This document shows positions 1-11,011 of a stretch of DNA of 64,000 bases, piece after piece (positions within the stretch are counted from its first letter, which is position 1; the number at the start of each line of letters is the position of its first letter). Source of the DNA: Clostridia bacterium. Its GTDB lineage: Bacteria; Bacillota; Clostridia; Christensenellales; CAG-138. Position numbers and translations under genes: made by a program. Under the pieces are notes generated by a model. The model saw nothing but the letters and a program-made list of their open reading frames with translations, did not search any database and was not told the origin of the DNA. Location of the stretch: NCBI GenBank assembly GCA_017394835.1, contig JAFPXD010000067.1:15929-79928 (forward strand), read 5' to 3'.

Positions 1-88
1 GTATGAGGAGCATCAGCACGAATGCGAAAAATATCCACACAAGCGGCTGCATGCAGAGCTTGAATTCCTTATAGATAAGATTCTTCAT
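1..88 (-). CDS. ABC-2 type transporter permease, N-terminal fragment (gene runs off the window start)
   Basis: ATG at complement 86-88 overlaps the TGA of the upstream ATPase (ATGA). Translation MKNLIYKEFKLCMQPLVWIFFAFVLMLLI is a hydrophobic TM start, typical of the permease partner of an ABC ATPase. Confidence 0.55.
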   Translation of the reverse strand, partial: MKNLIYKEFKLCMQPLVWIFFAFVLMLLI

Positions 89-939
89 ACGGCTTTTTCC
101 TCCTGTTCGATATAGATCATAATGGATTCGAGATCGGCGGGGGCGGTGCGTATATCGGAAGGAAGCTCCGCCGCTTTAGCCGTTTCTATAAGCCCGGTAA
201 AGCCAAAGGCGTTATTTTTGACCCCCAGCAGACTGCCGCGCAGCGCTTCGAGCTGCGCTTCGCCGCCCGAAACGAGAAGATATTTCGAGCGGAAGGTTTC
301 GAGCTCTTCGGAAGCGTAAAGTTCGCCGTTCTTTATATAGGTGATAAGATCGGCGCATTTTTCGAGGTCCGAGATTATATGGGTCGAAAAGAGGATGCTC
401 CTCGTCCCATCCTCGACTATCCCGCGGAAAACGTCAAGAAGATCGTCGCGCGAGATGGGATCGAGACCGCTCGTGGGCTCATCCAGAATGAGAAGCTGTG
501 CATTGTGTGAAAGCGCAAGCGCAAGCGCGTATTTCACCCTCATTCCGGCGGAAAGCTCCTTTACGCGCTTGTTTTCATCAAGCTTAAAGCGGGAAAGGCA
601 GCCTCGGTAGGCTTCTTCGTTCCAATCGTCATAAAAACGCTTCGTGACCTTGGTGATCGTTTTGAGCTTATACCCGAGATAGCAGTTAAACTCGCCCATT
701 ACAAATCCAATGTTCTGTTTGCATTCCCTTTGATTGGCAAAAAAATCCATTCCTCCGATTTTGACCGAGCCCGCGTCCGCCGCGATAAGCCCGAGCATGG
801 ATTTCATTGTAGTTGTTTTACCTGCGCCGTTTCTTCCTATAAAGCCCATTATATAGCCGGGCTCCAGTGAAAACGAAACGTCTTTCAGCAAAAAGCCGGG
901 GTACTGCTTTCGCAGTCCTTTTACTTCAAGAAGCTCCAT
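85..939 (-). CDS. ABC transporter ATP-binding protein
   Basis: Walker A GRNGAGKTT, signature LSAGMRVK, Walker B LLILDEPTSGLD. RBS GGAGGAT lies upstream of the ATG at 939. Confidence 0.9.
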   Translation of the reverse strand: MELLEVKGLRKQYPGFLLKDVSFSLEPGYIMGFIGRNGAGKTTTMKSMLGLIAADAGSVKIGGMDFFANQRECKQNIGFVMGEFNCYLGYKLKTITKVTKRFYDDWNEEAYRGCLSRFKLDENKRVKELSAGMRVKYALALALSHNAQLLILDEPTSGLDPISRDDLLDVFRGIVEDGTRSILFSTHIISDLEKCADLITYIKNGELYASEELETFRSKYLLVSGGEAQLEALRGSLLGVKNNAFGFTGLIETAKAAELPSDIRTAPADLESIMIYIEQEEKAV

Positions 940-1083
940 ATCATATCCTCCGTTAATTGTGCTTATTGACTATACACAATTATATGCATGTGAACGGTGC
1001 TTGTCAACATGTTTTTTGATTATTTCGGAATAATTGCGCTCCGCGGGGAAACAATAGGCATAAAAAGCAAGAAGGAGAACAAT

Positions 1084-1638
1084 ATGAAAGCCACCGGAAT
1101 AGTCAGAAGGATAGATGAATTGGGGCGCGTCGTGATACCGAAGGAGATCAGACGTACGCTCCGAATAAGGGAGGGCGACCCCCTTGAAATATTCGTTGAC
1201 AGGGAAGGGGGAGTTATTCTGAAGAAATATTCCCCCATAGGCGAGCTCGGTGATTTCGCAAAGGAGTATGCGGAATCCATTCATCGCTCCGTAGGCAGGA
1301 TAACCGCGATATGCGATATGGATACCGTTATAGCCGCTTCCGGAGCAGGGCGTAAGGAGCTTGAAGGGAAGCCCGTGAACGAGGCGCTTGAAGCGGTGAT
1401 AGTTTCACGCAAGAGGACTGTCGCGGAAAGCGCAAAAGGGGATACCCTCATACCCGTCACCGCGGAAAACGGAGATCCCGGATACGCCGCGGAGCTCATC
1501 GTGCCCATAACAGCATCAGGAGATCCGATAGGGGCGGTAATACTCCTATCAAAGGAAGAAGGCGCGAATATCTCCGAATCGGATATAAAGGTATGCGAAA
1601 CAGCGGCCTCATTCATGGGGAAGCAGATGGAGTCTTAA
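1084..1638 (+). CDS. spoVT: Stage V sporulation protein T (AbrB-family transcriptional regulator SpoVT)
   Basis: RBS AAGGAGAAC precedes ATG 1084. N-terminal swapped-hairpin motif GIVRRIDELGRVVIPKEIRRTLRIREGDPLEIF is followed by a ~130-aa GAF-like domain. The track start at 997 is an extension with no RBS. Confidence 0.85.
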   Translation: MKATGIVRRIDELGRVVIPKEIRRTLRIREGDPLEIFVDREGGVILKKYSPIGELGDFAKEYAESIHRSVGRITAICDMDTVIAASGAGRKELEGKPVNEALEAVIVSRKRTVAESAKGDTLIPVTAENGDPGYAAELIVPITASGDPIGAVILLSKEEGANISESDIKVCETAASFMGKQMES

Positions 1639-1647
1639 AAAACGGGC

Positions 1648-1676
1648 TTGACATACTTCCGCATGGGTCTTATAAT
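1648..1676 (+). promoter_or_regulatory. Sigma-A promoter of the leuS leader (TTGACA-17 nt-TATAAT)
   Basis: Perfect -35 TTGACA (1648-1653), 17-nt spacer and perfect -10 TATAAT (1671-1676). Confidence 0.8.
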
Positions 1677-1683
1677 AGCAAAA

Positions 1684-1936
1684 GCTGAATAAGGCTGTGA
1701 TGCGGATCTTCATTTGCTTACGCCGCCCTCAGAGAGCTGCCGGAAGGTGCAAGGCAGCGGGGCTTGCTTATGATACTCGCCGCGGAGCCCCCTTGCCGAA
1801 CGATGATCCATTAGGCGGGGCGTAGTCGGGCGTTAACCGAAAATGAAAGCGGGCGTCCCTTTGGGGCGTCAACCGGAGTGGTACCGCGGAGCTTATCGCA
1901 CTTCGTCTCCTGTATGGGAGGCGAAGTTTTTATTTT
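1684..1936 (+). promoter_or_regulatory. T-box leader (tRNA-sensing riboswitch) controlling leuS, with intrinsic terminator
   Basis: Stem I elements AGAGAG (1731-1736) and distal-loop GGTGCAA (1746-1752). T-box sequence GGAGTGGTACCGCGGAG (~1874-1890). Terminator hairpin 1901-1926 followed by TTTTTATTTT. Candidate Leu specifier CTT-A at 1767-1770, with CTC as an alternative; not resolved. Confidence 0.85.
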
Positions 1937-1949
1937 AAGGAGCAAGAAT

Positions 1950-4361
1950 ATGGCAGGAGAAAAAAGATACGACCATATCGCCATCGAAAAGAAATGGCAG
2001 CAAACATGGAACGAAGCGCATTGTTTTGAAGCGAAGGATGATCGGAGCCTTCCCAAATACTATGCGCTCATAGAGTTCCCGTTCCCCAGCGGCGCGGGCC
2101 TGCACGTGGGCCATCCGCGCCCCTATACCGCGCTTGACGTTATTGCCAGAAAAAAGAGGCTCGAAGGCTATAACGTGCTCTTCCCGATCGGCTACGACAG
2201 TTTCGGACTTCCCACAGAGAATTACGCCATAAAGACGGGCGAGCACCCCATGAAGGTCACCGAGCGCAATATCTCCGTATTCCACCGCCAGCTTCAGATG
2301 CTCGGCATGAGCTTCGATTGGTCAAGGGAGATCTACACCTCCGATCCCGCTTACTACAAGTGGACTCAGTGGATATTTTTAAAGCTCTTCGAAAAGGGCC
2401 TGGCATACAAGGCGGAGCTGCCCATCAATTTCTGCACTTCATGCAAGGTCGGCCTTGCCAACGAAGAGGTTATTGACGGTACCTGCGAGCGCTGCGGCGC
2501 ACCCGTTATCCGCATGGTAAGGAGCCAGTGGATGCTCAAGATCACCGAATATGCGGACAGGCTGATCGACGATCTTGATAAGATCGATTTTTCCGATCGC
2601 ATCAAGACCACGCAGCGCAACTGGATAGGCAGAAGCACCGGCGCGGAGGTCACTTTCAAAATAGATGGCTATCCGGAAGGCCTGAAGATCTATACCACAA
2701 GGCCCGATACCATGTTTGGAGCCACCTACATGGTCGTTGCGCCCGAGCATCCTCTCGTTGAAGCATTGAAGGACCGCATCACGAATATGGAAGCAGTTGA
2801 AGCCTACCGCGAACAGGCGGCGCACAAGAGCGATTTCGAGCGCAGCGAGCTTGCAAAGGATAAGACAGGCGTTCCGCTCGAGGGCGTTTATGCGATCAAT
2901 CCCTGCACCGAAAAGCCCATTCCCGTATGGATCTCCGATTACGTTCTCATGGGCTACGGCACTGGCGCTATAATGGCGGTCCCCGGTCACGATACCCGCG
3001 ACTGGGAATTCGCAATGAAATTCGGCCTTCCCATAGTCGAAGTCGTTGCGGGGGGCGACGTTACGAAGGAAGCCTTCACCGACTGCGAAACGGGCGTGCT
3101 CGTCAATTCCGGGTTCCTGAACGGTATGCAGGTCGAAGAGGCCAAGAAGGCCATAATAGAATATCTCGAGGGTAAGGGTATAGGTCATAAAAAGACCAAC
3201 TTCAAGCTGCGCGACTGGCTCTTCTCCCGTCAGCGCTATTGGGGCGAGCCTATACCCCTCGTTTACTGCGAGCATTGCGGCTGGGTCCCCATCCCCGAGG
3301 ATCAGCTCCCGCTAACTCTGCCGGAGATAGACAATTACAAGCCCGCGGAGGACGGCTCTTCCGCATTGGCGAGAGCGACCGACTGGATCCACACCACCTG
3401 CCCCAAGTGCGGCGCGCCCGCAGAGCGCGAGATCGACACCATGCCCAACTGGGCCGGCTCGAGCTGGTATTTCCTGCGTTACTGCGATCCGCATAACGAC
3501 AAAGCGCTCGCTTCGAAGGAGGCGCTCGATTACTGGATGCCCGTCGATTGGTACAACGGCGGAATGGAGCACACCACTCTGCATCTGCTGTATTCCCGTT
3601 TCTGGCACAAATTCCTTTACGATATAGGAGTTGTGAGCTGCCCCGAGCCCTATTTGAAGCGCACGAGCCATGGCATGATATTGGCGGAGGACGGCCGCAA
3701 GATGTCCAAATCCTTCGGCAACGTAATTAACCCCGACGATCTCTGCCGCGATCTGGGCGCTGATACCGTAAGGCTTTACGAAATGTTCATAGGCGCCTTC
3801 GAGCAGACCATTCCCTGGAGCACTACCGGCGTCATGGGCTGCCGCCGCTTCCTCGACCGCGTATGGCGTATGCTGGATATGGTCAAGGGGGAGGGGGAGC
3901 GCCCGGAGATGCGCGCTTCGCTGCACACCTGCATAAAGAAGGTGACGGAGGATATAGAGCGCATGAAGTTCAACACCGCGATCGCGGGTATGATGAGCTT
4001 TGTAAACGAGGTTTATTCCAACGGCAGCATAACGCGCGACGAGCTGCGCACCCTGCTCATACTGCTCGATCCCTTCGCGCCCCATATCGCGGAGGAAATG
4101 AACGAGCAGTTGGGCTTCGAGCCTCTTTATAAAGCAAAGTGGCCCGTATGGGATGAAGCGGCCCTCGTTTCCAACGTACAGGAGCTCGGCATTCAGGTAA
4201 ACGGCAAGCTCCGCACCAAGATGACCGTTCCCGCGGATATTTCACAGGAGGAGCTTAAGGAGCTCGTTCTCTCCAACCCCGATCTTGCGAACTGGATCGA
4301 GGGAAAGACCCTCCGCAAGTTCATAGCGATCAGGAACATAGTCAACGTAGTTGTAGGCTGA
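1950..4361 (+). CDS. leuS: Leucine--tRNA ligase
   Basis: Class-I aaRS HIGH-type motif (PSGAGLHVGHP) and KMSKS (GRKMSKSFGN). 803 aa. RBS TAAGGAG precedes ATG 1950. The track start at 1878 lies inside the T-box terminator. Confidence 0.95.
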   Translation: MAGEKRYDHIAIEKKWQQTWNEAHCFEAKDDRSLPKYYALIEFPFPSGAGLHVGHPRPYTALDVIARKKRLEGYNVLFPIGYDSFGLPTENYAIKTGEHPMKVTERNISVFHRQLQMLGMSFDWSREIYTSDPAYYKWTQWIFLKLFEKGLAYKAELPINFCTSCKVGLANEEVIDGTCERCGAPVIRMVRSQWMLKITEYADRLIDDLDKIDFSDRIKTTQRNWIGRSTGAEVTFKIDGYPEGLKIYTTRPDTMFGATYMVVAPEHPLVEALKDRITNMEAVEAYREQAAHKSDFERSELAKDKTGVPLEGVYAINPCTEKPIPVWISDYVLMGYGTGAIMAVPGHDTRDWEFAMKFGLPIVEVVAGGDVTKEAFTDCETGVLVNSGFLNGMQVEEAKKAIIEYLEGKGIGHKKTNFKLRDWLFSRQRYWGEPIPLVYCEHCGWVPIPEDQLPLTLPEIDNYKPAEDGSSALARATDWIHTTCPKCGAPAEREIDTMPNWAGSSWYFLRYCDPHNDKALASKEALDYWMPVDWYNGGMEHTTLHLLYSRFWHKFLYDIGVVSCPEPYLKRTSHGMILAEDGRKMSKSFGNVINPDDLCRDLGADTVRLYEMFIGAFEQTIPWSTTGVMGCRRFLDRVWRMLDMVKGEGERPEMRASLHTCIKKVTEDIERMKFNTAIAGMMSFVNEVYSNGSITRDELRTLLILLDPFAPHIAEEMNEQLGFEPLYKAKWPVWDEAALVSNVQELGIQVNGKLRTKMTVPADISQEELKELVLSNPDLANWIEGKTLRKFIAIRNIVNVVVG

Positions 4362-4369
4362 CAGAATAA

Positions 4370-4399
4370 GGGGCGGTGCGTTTAACTGCGCTCCGCCCC
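4370..4399 (+). terminator. GC-rich hairpin downstream of leuS (possible terminator, weak T-tract)
   Basis: GGGGCGGTGCG / CGCTCCGCCCC stem with one mismatch; no strong U-run follows. Confidence 0.4.
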
Positions 4400-4410
4400 G
4401 CGGTTAATTT

Positions 4411-5061
4411 ATGGCGACCAGATCAAAAGGCGAAATAGCTAAAATTGAAAGGCGAATGCGGATGGAACGCACCGTGCTTCCGGTATTATGCGTTTTGGGA
4501 GTCGCGGTTTTCGTGGTGCTCTGCGCCGTATTCGGCAAGAAGCGCGGGGGAGAGGAAGAGGAGATCGCTCCCACTCCCGCTCCGTATTCGTATGCGATCC
4601 TTTCCCTGCGTGACAGTCTCGGCGGCGACATAACGAACGGCGATAAATTCACGTCGCTCACGTATAAAAGCAATTCGGACGGCCGTTATGCGAGCGTCAA
4701 CGCTTATATGAAATCGGGCGTACTGTGCATGTCTGTCACGCATCCTTTCGAAGTTAAGATGGCGGAACCCACCGCAGAGCCCACGGAGGATATTTTCGGA
4801 GGCTCCGTAAGTACGAGCTCCGTTCCCACGGAAGAGCCGGAGGACAGTTATCTTACAATGCTCGCGGATGAGCTAACGCTTTGTTTTTCTAAGGTTTATG
4901 TTCCGTCCGGTGACGATGACGCCGCAGAAAGGATAGGGGCGGCTCTCATTTCGCTGAAGGAAGGCGCTAAAAAGGCGAACGTCATTTACGGTATCTATAT
5001 GCTGAAATTCGAGCGTCTTGAAAGCGACGGGCTGCTTACCGTCACGTGCGAGCCCGCGTGA
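4411..5061 (+). CDS. Hypothetical membrane-anchored protein (single N-terminal TM helix)
   Basis: TM segment VLPVLCVLGVAVFVVLCAVF, then a soluble domain with an acidic or Pro/Thr-rich linker. Start uncertain: ATG 4411 has no clear RBS, while ATG 4456 follows GAAAGG. Confidence 0.55.
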   Translation: MATRSKGEIAKIERRMRMERTVLPVLCVLGVAVFVVLCAVFGKKRGGEEEEIAPTPAPYSYAILSLRDSLGGDITNGDKFTSLTYKSNSDGRYASVNAYMKSGVLCMSVTHPFEVKMAEPTAEPTEDIFGGSVSTSSVPTEEPEDSYLTMLADELTLCFSKVYVPSGDDDAAERIGAALISLKEGAKKANVIYGIYMLKFERLESDGLLTVTCEPA

Positions 5062-5098
5062 GAAAAAGCTCTTTCACGCAATATATTTAAGCAGATAC

Positions 5099-5127
5099 TT
5101 TACATTCTTCGGCGCGATATGTATAAT
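5099..5127 (+). promoter_or_regulatory. Sigma-A promoter (TTTACA-17 nt-TATAAT)
   Basis: -35 TTTACA at 5099-5104 and -10 TATAAT at 5122-5127, 40 nt upstream of the ECF S-component ATG. Confidence 0.65.
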
Positions 5128-5167
5128 CATATCGGCTTGATGCTAATTCATTCGGAGGTATAATTCA

Positions 5168-5776
5168 ATGAGCAATGCCACCACCAAAAGGTTTGACACC
5201 CGCACGCTTGTCGGCGTAGCGCTTCTGACCGCGATAGTCGTAGTGCTCCAGCTTCTCGGCAGCTTCATCCGCTTCGGGACCTTCTCCATATCCCTCGTAC
5301 TCATGCCCATCGTAGTCGGAGCGGCGCTTTTCGGAGTATGGGCGGGCGCATGGCTGGGTCTTGTATTCGCGATAGTGGTTCTTCTCCAGCCCGATACGGC
5401 CTTCTTCTTCGGAATAAGCCCCGCCGGCACCATAATCACAGTTATCCTCAAGGGCGTTCTCTGCGGAGCCTGCGCAGGTCTTGTTTACAAGCTTCTTTCA
5501 AAGAGGTTCAACACCGTTGCCGGCGTTATCGGCGCGGCGGCGACCGCTCCCATCGTGAATACCGGCATTTTCCTTATCGGCTGCAGGGTGTTCTTCTGGG
5601 ATACCATAAAGGATCTGGCCGCTCAGAACGGTTACGGCGATAAGACCGCGCTCTTCCTCATAGTCGTATTCGTCGGTTTGAATTTCGTGTTCGAGTTCGT
5701 TGTGAACCTTGTTCTTTGCCCCGCGATCGTCTATCTGATCCGCATCGGCGAAAAGAGCTTTAAGAAAAAGCATTGA
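5168..5776 (+). CDS. ECF transporter S component (substrate-capture membrane protein), substrate unassigned
   Basis: ~200 aa with about six hydrophobic helices rich in small residues. RBS GGAGG. No riboswitch was recognised in the short leader. Confidence 0.6.
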   Translation: MSNATTKRFDTRTLVGVALLTAIVVVLQLLGSFIRFGTFSISLVLMPIVVGAALFGVWAGAWLGLVFAIVVLLQPDTAFFFGISPAGTIITVILKGVLCGACAGLVYKLLSKRFNTVAGVIGAAATAPIVNTGIFLIGCRVFFWDTIKDLAAQNGYGDKTALFLIVVFVGLNFVFEFVVNLVLCPAIVYLIRIGEKSFKKKH

Positions 5777-5789
5777 CGCAGCTGATATC

Positions 5790-5818
5790 AAAAGCCGGCC
5801 TATAAGTCGGCTTTTTTC
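5790..5818. terminator. Bidirectional intrinsic terminator
   Basis: AAAAGCCGGC-loop-GTCGGCTTTTTT hairpin flanked by an A-run and a T-run, between convergent genes. Confidence 0.7.
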
Positions 5819-5996
5819 ATACTGTTCCAATGTATTTTATTATACTTGCCGCGGAGATCGCCGCCTGTACCGCAAAAAGCACGAAGCAGATCTTTCTTTT
5901 GCGGGCGTCGCCGTTTTTTCCGAAATGATGAGCTCCCCACAGCGGTACGGCCGGAATGAGCGCGGCATATACGGCAAACAATAACTCTTTAATCAT
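5817..5996 (-). CDS. Small hypothetical membrane protein (59 aa, two predicted TM helices)
   Basis: GAGGTG RBS lies 6 nt upstream of ATG 5996. Sequence MIKELLFAVYAALIPAVPLW...FVLFAVQAAISAASII. The gene ends at the terminator. Confidence 0.4.
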   Translation of the reverse strand: MIKELLFAVYAALIPAVPLWGAHHFGKNGDARKRKICFVLFAVQAAISAASIIKYIGTV

Positions 5997-6093
5997 CTTT
6001 ATCACCTCACGGGTATGATAGCATCGGCGTTCGTTTTGCTCAATAGTGTTCTTGAGGAAAAGCAGGTAATTTCAAGAAAACGCAAATTGGGGC

Positions 6094-6122
6094 TTTTTAG
6101 TTCGGCCGTGAGATGCTATAAT
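6094..6122 (+). promoter_or_regulatory. Candidate extended -10 promoter of uvrBA
   Basis: TGCTATAAT (6114-6122) with a weak -35 TTTTTA at 17-nt spacing. Confidence 0.35.
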
Positions 6123-6151
6123 ATAAGTTGAGTCAGTTTGAGGAGAAGCAA

Positions 6152-8176
6152 ATGAACGTATTCAAAGCCGTATCACCGTTTGAACCTACCGGCGATCAGC
6201 CGCAGGCGATAGAAAAGCTTGCGGAGGGCGTCAAGCGCGGCGACAGGCTCCAGGTATTATTGGGCGTTACGGGCTCGGGAAAGACCTTCACCATGGCAAA
6301 GGTAATCGAGAAGGTCCAGCTCCCGACGCTTGTTATCGCGCACAATAAAACGCTTGCGGCGCAGCTCTGCTCTGAGCTGAAAGAATTCTTCCCCGATTCC
6401 GCCGTCGAATATTTCGTCAGCTATTATGACTACTATCAGCCCGAGGCATATATAGCCTCTTCAGATACCTATATCGAAAAGGAATCCTCAATAAACGATG
6501 AGATAGAGCGTCTGCGCCACAGCGCCACCTGCGCGCTGAACGAACGGAAGGACGTTATAATAGTCGCTTCGGTCTCATGTATTTATGCGTTGGGCTCGCC
6601 CGAAGAATACATGAGGATGAGCTTATCCCTGCGAATAGGAATGCAGACAGACCGCGAAACCATCCTCCGCAAGCTCGTCGATATGCAGTATCAGCGCAAC
6701 GACCTTGATTTTTCCCGCGGGACTTTCAGGGTCCGCGGAGACGTTATCGAGGTTTTCCCCATCGGTGAAATGGAAAAAGCGCTCCGCATAGAGCTTTTCG
6801 GCGATGAGATAGAGAACATTTCGGAAATAACGGTGCTGACGGGCCAGCCCATTCGCACGCTCGCTCACGTCATGATATTCCCGGCGACTCATTACGCGGC
6901 GGACAGGGAGCGCATTGAAGGATCTCTTGACGAGATAAAGCACGATATGATAGAGCGCGTTAAGGAATTCAAGGCGCAGAACAAGCTACTTGAGGCGCAG
7001 AGGATAGAGCAGCGCACCACCTTTGACATCGAGATGATACGCGAAATAGGCTATTGCCAGGGCATAGAGAACTATTCCAGATACTTTGACGGGCGCAAAC
7101 CGGGCGAGCCGCCCTTCACCCTCATGGATTACTTCCCAAAGGGCTTCCTTACGATAGTCGATGAATCCCACGTAACTCTGCCTCAGCTTCGCGCCATGTA
7201 CCGCGGGGATCTTTCGCGCAAGACGGAGCTCGTAGAATACGGTTTCCGCATTCCCAGCGCATACGATAACCGCCCCTTGACTTTCGATGAATTCGAGCAG
7301 CGCGTGGGCCAGCTCATATGCGTCAGCGCCACTCCCGCAGAATATGAGCTCTCGCGCGCATCTCAAATAGCGGAGCAGATAATAAGACCGACGGGGCTCG
7401 TCGATCCCGAGATCACGGTAAAACCCGTAACCGGGCAGGTCGATGATCTTTTGGGCGAGATCCGCATTACGGCTGCAAAGGGCTATCGAACGCTCGTCAC
7501 GACCCTCACGAAACGCATGGCGGAAATGCTGACCGAGTATTTGGACGGAATGGGCGTAAGGGTCAGATACATGCACTCCGATATAGAAACTATCGAGCGA
7601 ATGGAGATCATTCGCGATCTGCGCCTCGGCGAATTCGACGTACTTGTGGGCATCAACCTTTTGAGGGAGGGGCTCGACCTTCCCGAAGTCGGGCTCGTCG
7701 CAATACTTGACGCCGATAAGGAGGGATTCCTCCGTTCAACGACCTCGCTCGTTCAGACAGTCGGCCGAGCGGCACGAAACGCCGACGGGCGCGTAATAAT
7801 GTATGCTGATACCGTCACGGATTCCATGCAGCGCGCGATAGACGAAACGAACCGCCGGCGCGAGATACAGATGAAGTATAACGAGGAGCACGGGATCACT
7901 CCCCAAAGCATCAAAAAGGCCGTGCACGACGTTATCGAGATCAGCTCCAAGGCCAAGCCCTCTAAGAACGGAATGTCCGACGAGGAGCGTGAGGAGCGCA
8001 TAAGGCTCATAACAGAGCAGATGAAGCAGGCCGCTATGGAGCTTGAATTCGAGCAGGCGGCAAAGCTCCGCGACGAGCTTTACAGGCTTCAAGGCAAGGA
8101 GCCTGACGGCACGAAGCGGCTTGCTCCCGGCACCGTCGGTTCAAAGAAAAAAGCAAGACAAAGGACGAGAAAATGA
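6152..8176 (+). CDS. uvrB: Excinuclease ABC subunit B
   Basis: Walker [10 protein letters not shown], helicase motifs, and a C-terminal UVR domain ([14 protein letters not shown]). ATG 6152 follows GAGGAGAAG; the track start at 6128 is a TTG. Confidence 0.95.
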   Translation: MNVFKAVSPFEPTGDQPQAIEKLAEGVKRGDRLQVLLGVTGSGKTFTMAKVIEKVQLPTLVIAHNKTLAAQLCSELKEFFPDSAVEYFVSYYDYYQPEAYIASSDTYIEKESSINDEIERLRHSATCALNERKDVIIVASVSCIYALGSPEEYMRMSLSLRIGMQTDRETILRKLVDMQYQRNDLDFSRGTFRVRGDVIEVFPIGEMEKALRIELFGDEIENISEITVLTGQPIRTLAHVMIFPATHYAADRERIEGSLDEIKHDMIERVKEFKAQNKLLEAQRIEQRTTFDIEMIREIGYCQGIENYSRYFDGRKPGEPPFTLMDYFPKGFLTIVDESHVTLPQLRAMYRGDLSRKTELVEYGFRIPSAYDNRPLTFDEFEQRVGQLICVSATPAEYELSRASQIAEQIIRPTGLVDPEITVKPVTGQVDDLLGEIRITAAKGYRTLVTTLTKRMAEMLTEYLDGMGVRVRYMHSDIETIERMEIIRDLRLGEFDVLVGINLLREGLDLPEVGLVAILDADKEGFLRSTTSLVQTVGRAARNADGRVIMYADTVTDSMQRAIDETNRRREIQMKYNEEHGITPQSIKKAVHDVIEISSKAKPSKNGMSDEEREERIRLITEQMKQAAMELEFEQAAKLRDELYRLQGKEPDGTKRLAPGTVGSKKKARQRTRK

Positions 8177-10995
8177 AGGATTCCATTTACATACAAGGCG
8201 CGAGAGAGAACAACCTCAAGAATATCTCGCTGGAGCTCCCTCGAAACAAGCTGATAGTTTTTACGGGCGTTTCGGGCTCCGGAAAATCGAGTCTCGCTTT
8301 CGATACCATATACGCGGAGGGTCAGCGCAGGTACGTTGAATCCCTTTCGGCTTACGCACGCCAGTTTTTGGGGCAGATGGATAAGCCGGACGTAGATCAT
8401 ATCGAGGGACTTTCTCCCGCCATATCCATTGACCAGAAGAGTACCTCGAACAATCCTCGTTCCACGGTCGGCACCGTCACAGAGATAAACGATTATTTAA
8501 GGCTCCTTTACGCGCGCATCGGCCGCCCTCATTGCCCCGTCTGCGGCAGGCCCATAGAAAGGCAGAGCATAGATCAGGTCGTGGATCGCGTGCTCGATCT
8601 GCCCGAAGGAACGAAGATACTCGTCATAGCGCCCGTCATCCGCGCGAGAAAGGGCGAGCATAAGGCGGTATTCGAGCGCATCCGCAAGGAGGGTTACGTT
8701 AGAGTTAAGGTGGATGGCGCCGTTTACGACGTGAACGAAGTTCCCGATCTCGATAAAAAGAAGAAGCATACTATCGACGCAGTTGTTGACAGGCTCGTTG
8801 TAAGGGAGGGCGTCCGTTCGCGCCTTTCCGATTCGCTCGAGACCGCGTTTTCTTTCGGCGAAGGGCTTGCGAAGGTCGTTATAGTCGATGGCGAGGAGCT
8901 GCTGTTTTCACAGAATTACGCCTGCCCGGACTGCGGCATAAGCATAGAGGAACTTACTCCGAGGATGTTCTCGTTCAACAGCCCTTTCGGCGCCTGTCCC
9001 GAATGCACTGGCCTCGGCTTTACGCTCACGATCGATGAAACGCTCGTTGTGCCCGATACCCGTCTTTCTCTGAATTCGGGTGCGATCTCCGTTACCGGCT
9101 GGCAGAGCAATTCGAAAAACACCATTGCGGATATGTATTTTACCGCAATAGAAAAGGAATACGGCTTTGACGGCGATACCCCTTGGGAAAACATCCCCGA
9201 AGAAGGACGCCGAGCTCTGCTTTACGGCACGGGAGAGAAAAAACTGCATATACAGTATCAGAAGGAGTACGGCAGCGGCACGTTCGACACACCTTTTGAA
9301 GGGGTCATCCCCAATCTCGAACGGCGCTACCGTGAAACGCAGTCGGATTGGTCGAAACAGGATATCGAAGCCTATATGCGGAACACGCCCTGCGCGGCTT
9401 GCCGCGGCAAGCGTCTGAAGCCCGAATCCCTTGCCGTGACGGTTGGCGGAGTCTCCATAGCGGAGCTTTCGGATATGTCCGTCAAGCGTGCGAAAGAGTT
9501 TATAGAACATTTAAGCTTCAGCCCCTCCGAGGCGATCATTGCATCGCAGATAGTTAAGGAGCTTAAAGCGAGGCTCGGTTTCCTCGTCAACGTCGGCCTC
9601 GATTATCTCACTCTTTCGAGGGCTTCGTCTTCATTGTCCGGCGGAGAAGCGCAGAGGATAAGGCTGGCGACTCAGATAGGCTCCGGGCTCGTGGGCGTGC
9701 TTTACATACTGGATGAGCCCTCGATAGGTCTTCATCAGCGCGATAACAGGAAGCTTTTGGACGCTCTCTGCGGCCTGCGCGATCTCGGAAACACGCTTAT
9801 TGTAGTAGAACATGATGAAGAGACGATACGCACGGCGGATCATATCGTGGATATAGGCCCGGGCGCGGGGGAACACGGGGGAGAGGTCATCGCTCAAGGC
9901 TCCCTTTCCGATATAATGGCGGAACCCGCATCGGTCACGGGGCAGTATCTTACGGGCATAAAGAGCATAGCCGTTCCGAAACAGCGCCGAAAGCTCGGCG
10001 GGAATTGGCTTTCCATCCGCGGCGCGAGGGTAAACAACCTCAAGAACATAGACGTTAAGATCCCTCTCGGCGTATTCACCTGCGTGACCGGCGTTTCGGG
10101 CTCCGGCAAATCCAGCCTCGTAAACGAGATAGTCAAAAAGAGCCTTTTGAACAAGCTGAACCGCGCAAGGGTCCGCCCCGGCGATCATGACGGCATAGAC
10201 GGCGTTGAAGCGCTTGATAAGATAATCGATATAGATCAGTCTCCCATAGGCAGGACTCCGCGCAGCAATCCCGCGACATATACGGGCGTGTTCGACCTTA
10301 TAAGGGACGTATTCGCGCAGACCCCGGATGCGAAGCTTCGCGGCTATACGGCGGGCAGATTCAGCTTTAACGTAAAGGGAGGCCGCTGCGAGGCATGTTC
10401 CGGCGACGGAATACTCAAGATCGAGATGCATTTCCTTTCGGACGTTTACGTTCCCTGCGAAGTCTGCAAGGGCAAACGCTACAACCGCGAGACCCTTGAG
10501 GTGCGCTATAAAGGAAAAACTATTGCGGATGTGCTTGACATGACGGCGGAAGAGGCTTATCATTTCTTTAAGCCCATACCTAAGATAGCGAAAAAGCTCG
10601 AAACGCTGTGCGACGTGGGTCTGGGCTATATAAAGCTCGGTCAGCCTTCCACAACTCTTTCGGGCGGCGAAGCTCAGCGCGTCAAGCTTGCTGCCGAGCT
10701 TGCACGAAAGAACACGGGCAAGACCCTTTACGTATTGGATGAGCCCACAACGGGCCTTCATATTGCCGACGTTGACAGGCTTTTGGGCATACTCCGGCGT
10801 CTGTGCGACGGAGGCAGCAGCGTGCTCGTTATAGAGCACAATCTCGACGTTATAAAGACCGCCGATTACATTATAGATCTCGGCCCCGAAGGAGGCGACG
10901 CGGGCGGTACTGTGGTCGCCTGCGGAACTCCCGAACAGGTCGCCAAGGTCCCCGAAAGCTATACGGGGCAGTTTCTTAAGGAAATACTCAGCTAA
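8173..10995 (+). CDS. uvrA: Excinuclease ABC subunit A
   Basis: Two ABC modules ([10 protein letters not shown] twice, LSGGEAQR twice) and zinc-finger cysteines (CPDCG, CPEC, CEAC). ATGA overlap with uvrB. Confidence 0.95.
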   Translation: MKDSIYIQGARENNLKNISLELPRNKLIVFTGVSGSGKSSLAFDTIYAEGQRRYVESLSAYARQFLGQMDKPDVDHIEGLSPAISIDQKSTSNNPRSTVGTVTEINDYLRLLYARIGRPHCPVCGRPIERQSIDQVVDRVLDLPEGTKILVIAPVIRARKGEHKAVFERIRKEGYVRVKVDGAVYDVNEVPDLDKKKKHTIDAVVDRLVVREGVRSRLSDSLETAFSFGEGLAKVVIVDGEELLFSQNYACPDCGISIEELTPRMFSFNSPFGACPECTGLGFTLTIDETLVVPDTRLSLNSGAISVTGWQSNSKNTIADMYFTAIEKEYGFDGDTPWENIPEEGRRALLYGTGEKKLHIQYQKEYGSGTFDTPFEGVIPNLERRYRETQSDWSKQDIEAYMRNTPCAACRGKRLKPESLAVTVGGVSIAELSDMSVKRAKEFIEHLSFSPSEAIIASQIVKELKARLGFLVNVGLDYLTLSRASSSLSGGEAQRIRLATQIGSGLVGVLYILDEPSIGLHQRDNRKLLDALCGLRDLGNTLIVVEHDEETIRTADHIVDIGPGAGEHGGEVIAQGSLSDIMAEPASVTGQYLTGIKSIAVPKQRRKLGGNWLSIRGARVNNLKNIDVKIPLGVFTCVTGVSGSGKSSLVNEIVKKSLLNKLNRARVRPGDHDGIDGVEALDKIIDIDQSPIGRTPRSNPATYTGVFDLIRDVFAQTPDAKLRGYTAGRFSFNVKGGRCEACSGDGILKIEMHFLSDVYVPCEVCKGKRYNRETLEVRYKGKTIADVLDMTAEEAYHFFKPIPKIAKKLETLCDVGLGYIKLGQPSTTLSGGEAQRVKLAAELARKNTGKTLYVLDEPTTGLHIADVDRLLGILRRLCDGGSSVLVIEHNLDVIKTADYIIDLGPEGGDAGGTVVACGTPEQVAKVPESYTGQFLKEILS

Positions 10996-11011
10996 CAGAG
11001 GAGGCATCACT

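Noticed and set aside
997-1083. N-terminal extensions proposed by the longest-ORF track (also at 1878, 6128, 11683, 12301, 18052, 26544, 31025, 34501, 38068, 39719, 45357, 49180, 51334 and 55327)
   Set aside because: In each case a downstream start has a proper Shine-Dalgarno sequence, an ATGA or overlap coupling, and matches the expected family N-terminus. The extensions run through promoters, terminators or upstream genes.
5062-5167. Riboswitch (for example preQ1, THF or other vitamin classes) upstream of the ECF S-component, given tgt and queA in the window
   Set aside because: The leader is only about 40 nt downstream of the -10 element and has no recognisable aptamer motif.
6006-6151. 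SOS (LexA/Cheo) box upstream of uvrB
   Set aside because: I looked for GAAC-N4-GTTC. Only isolated GTTC tetramers are present, with no GAAC partner, so no canonical box can be claimed.
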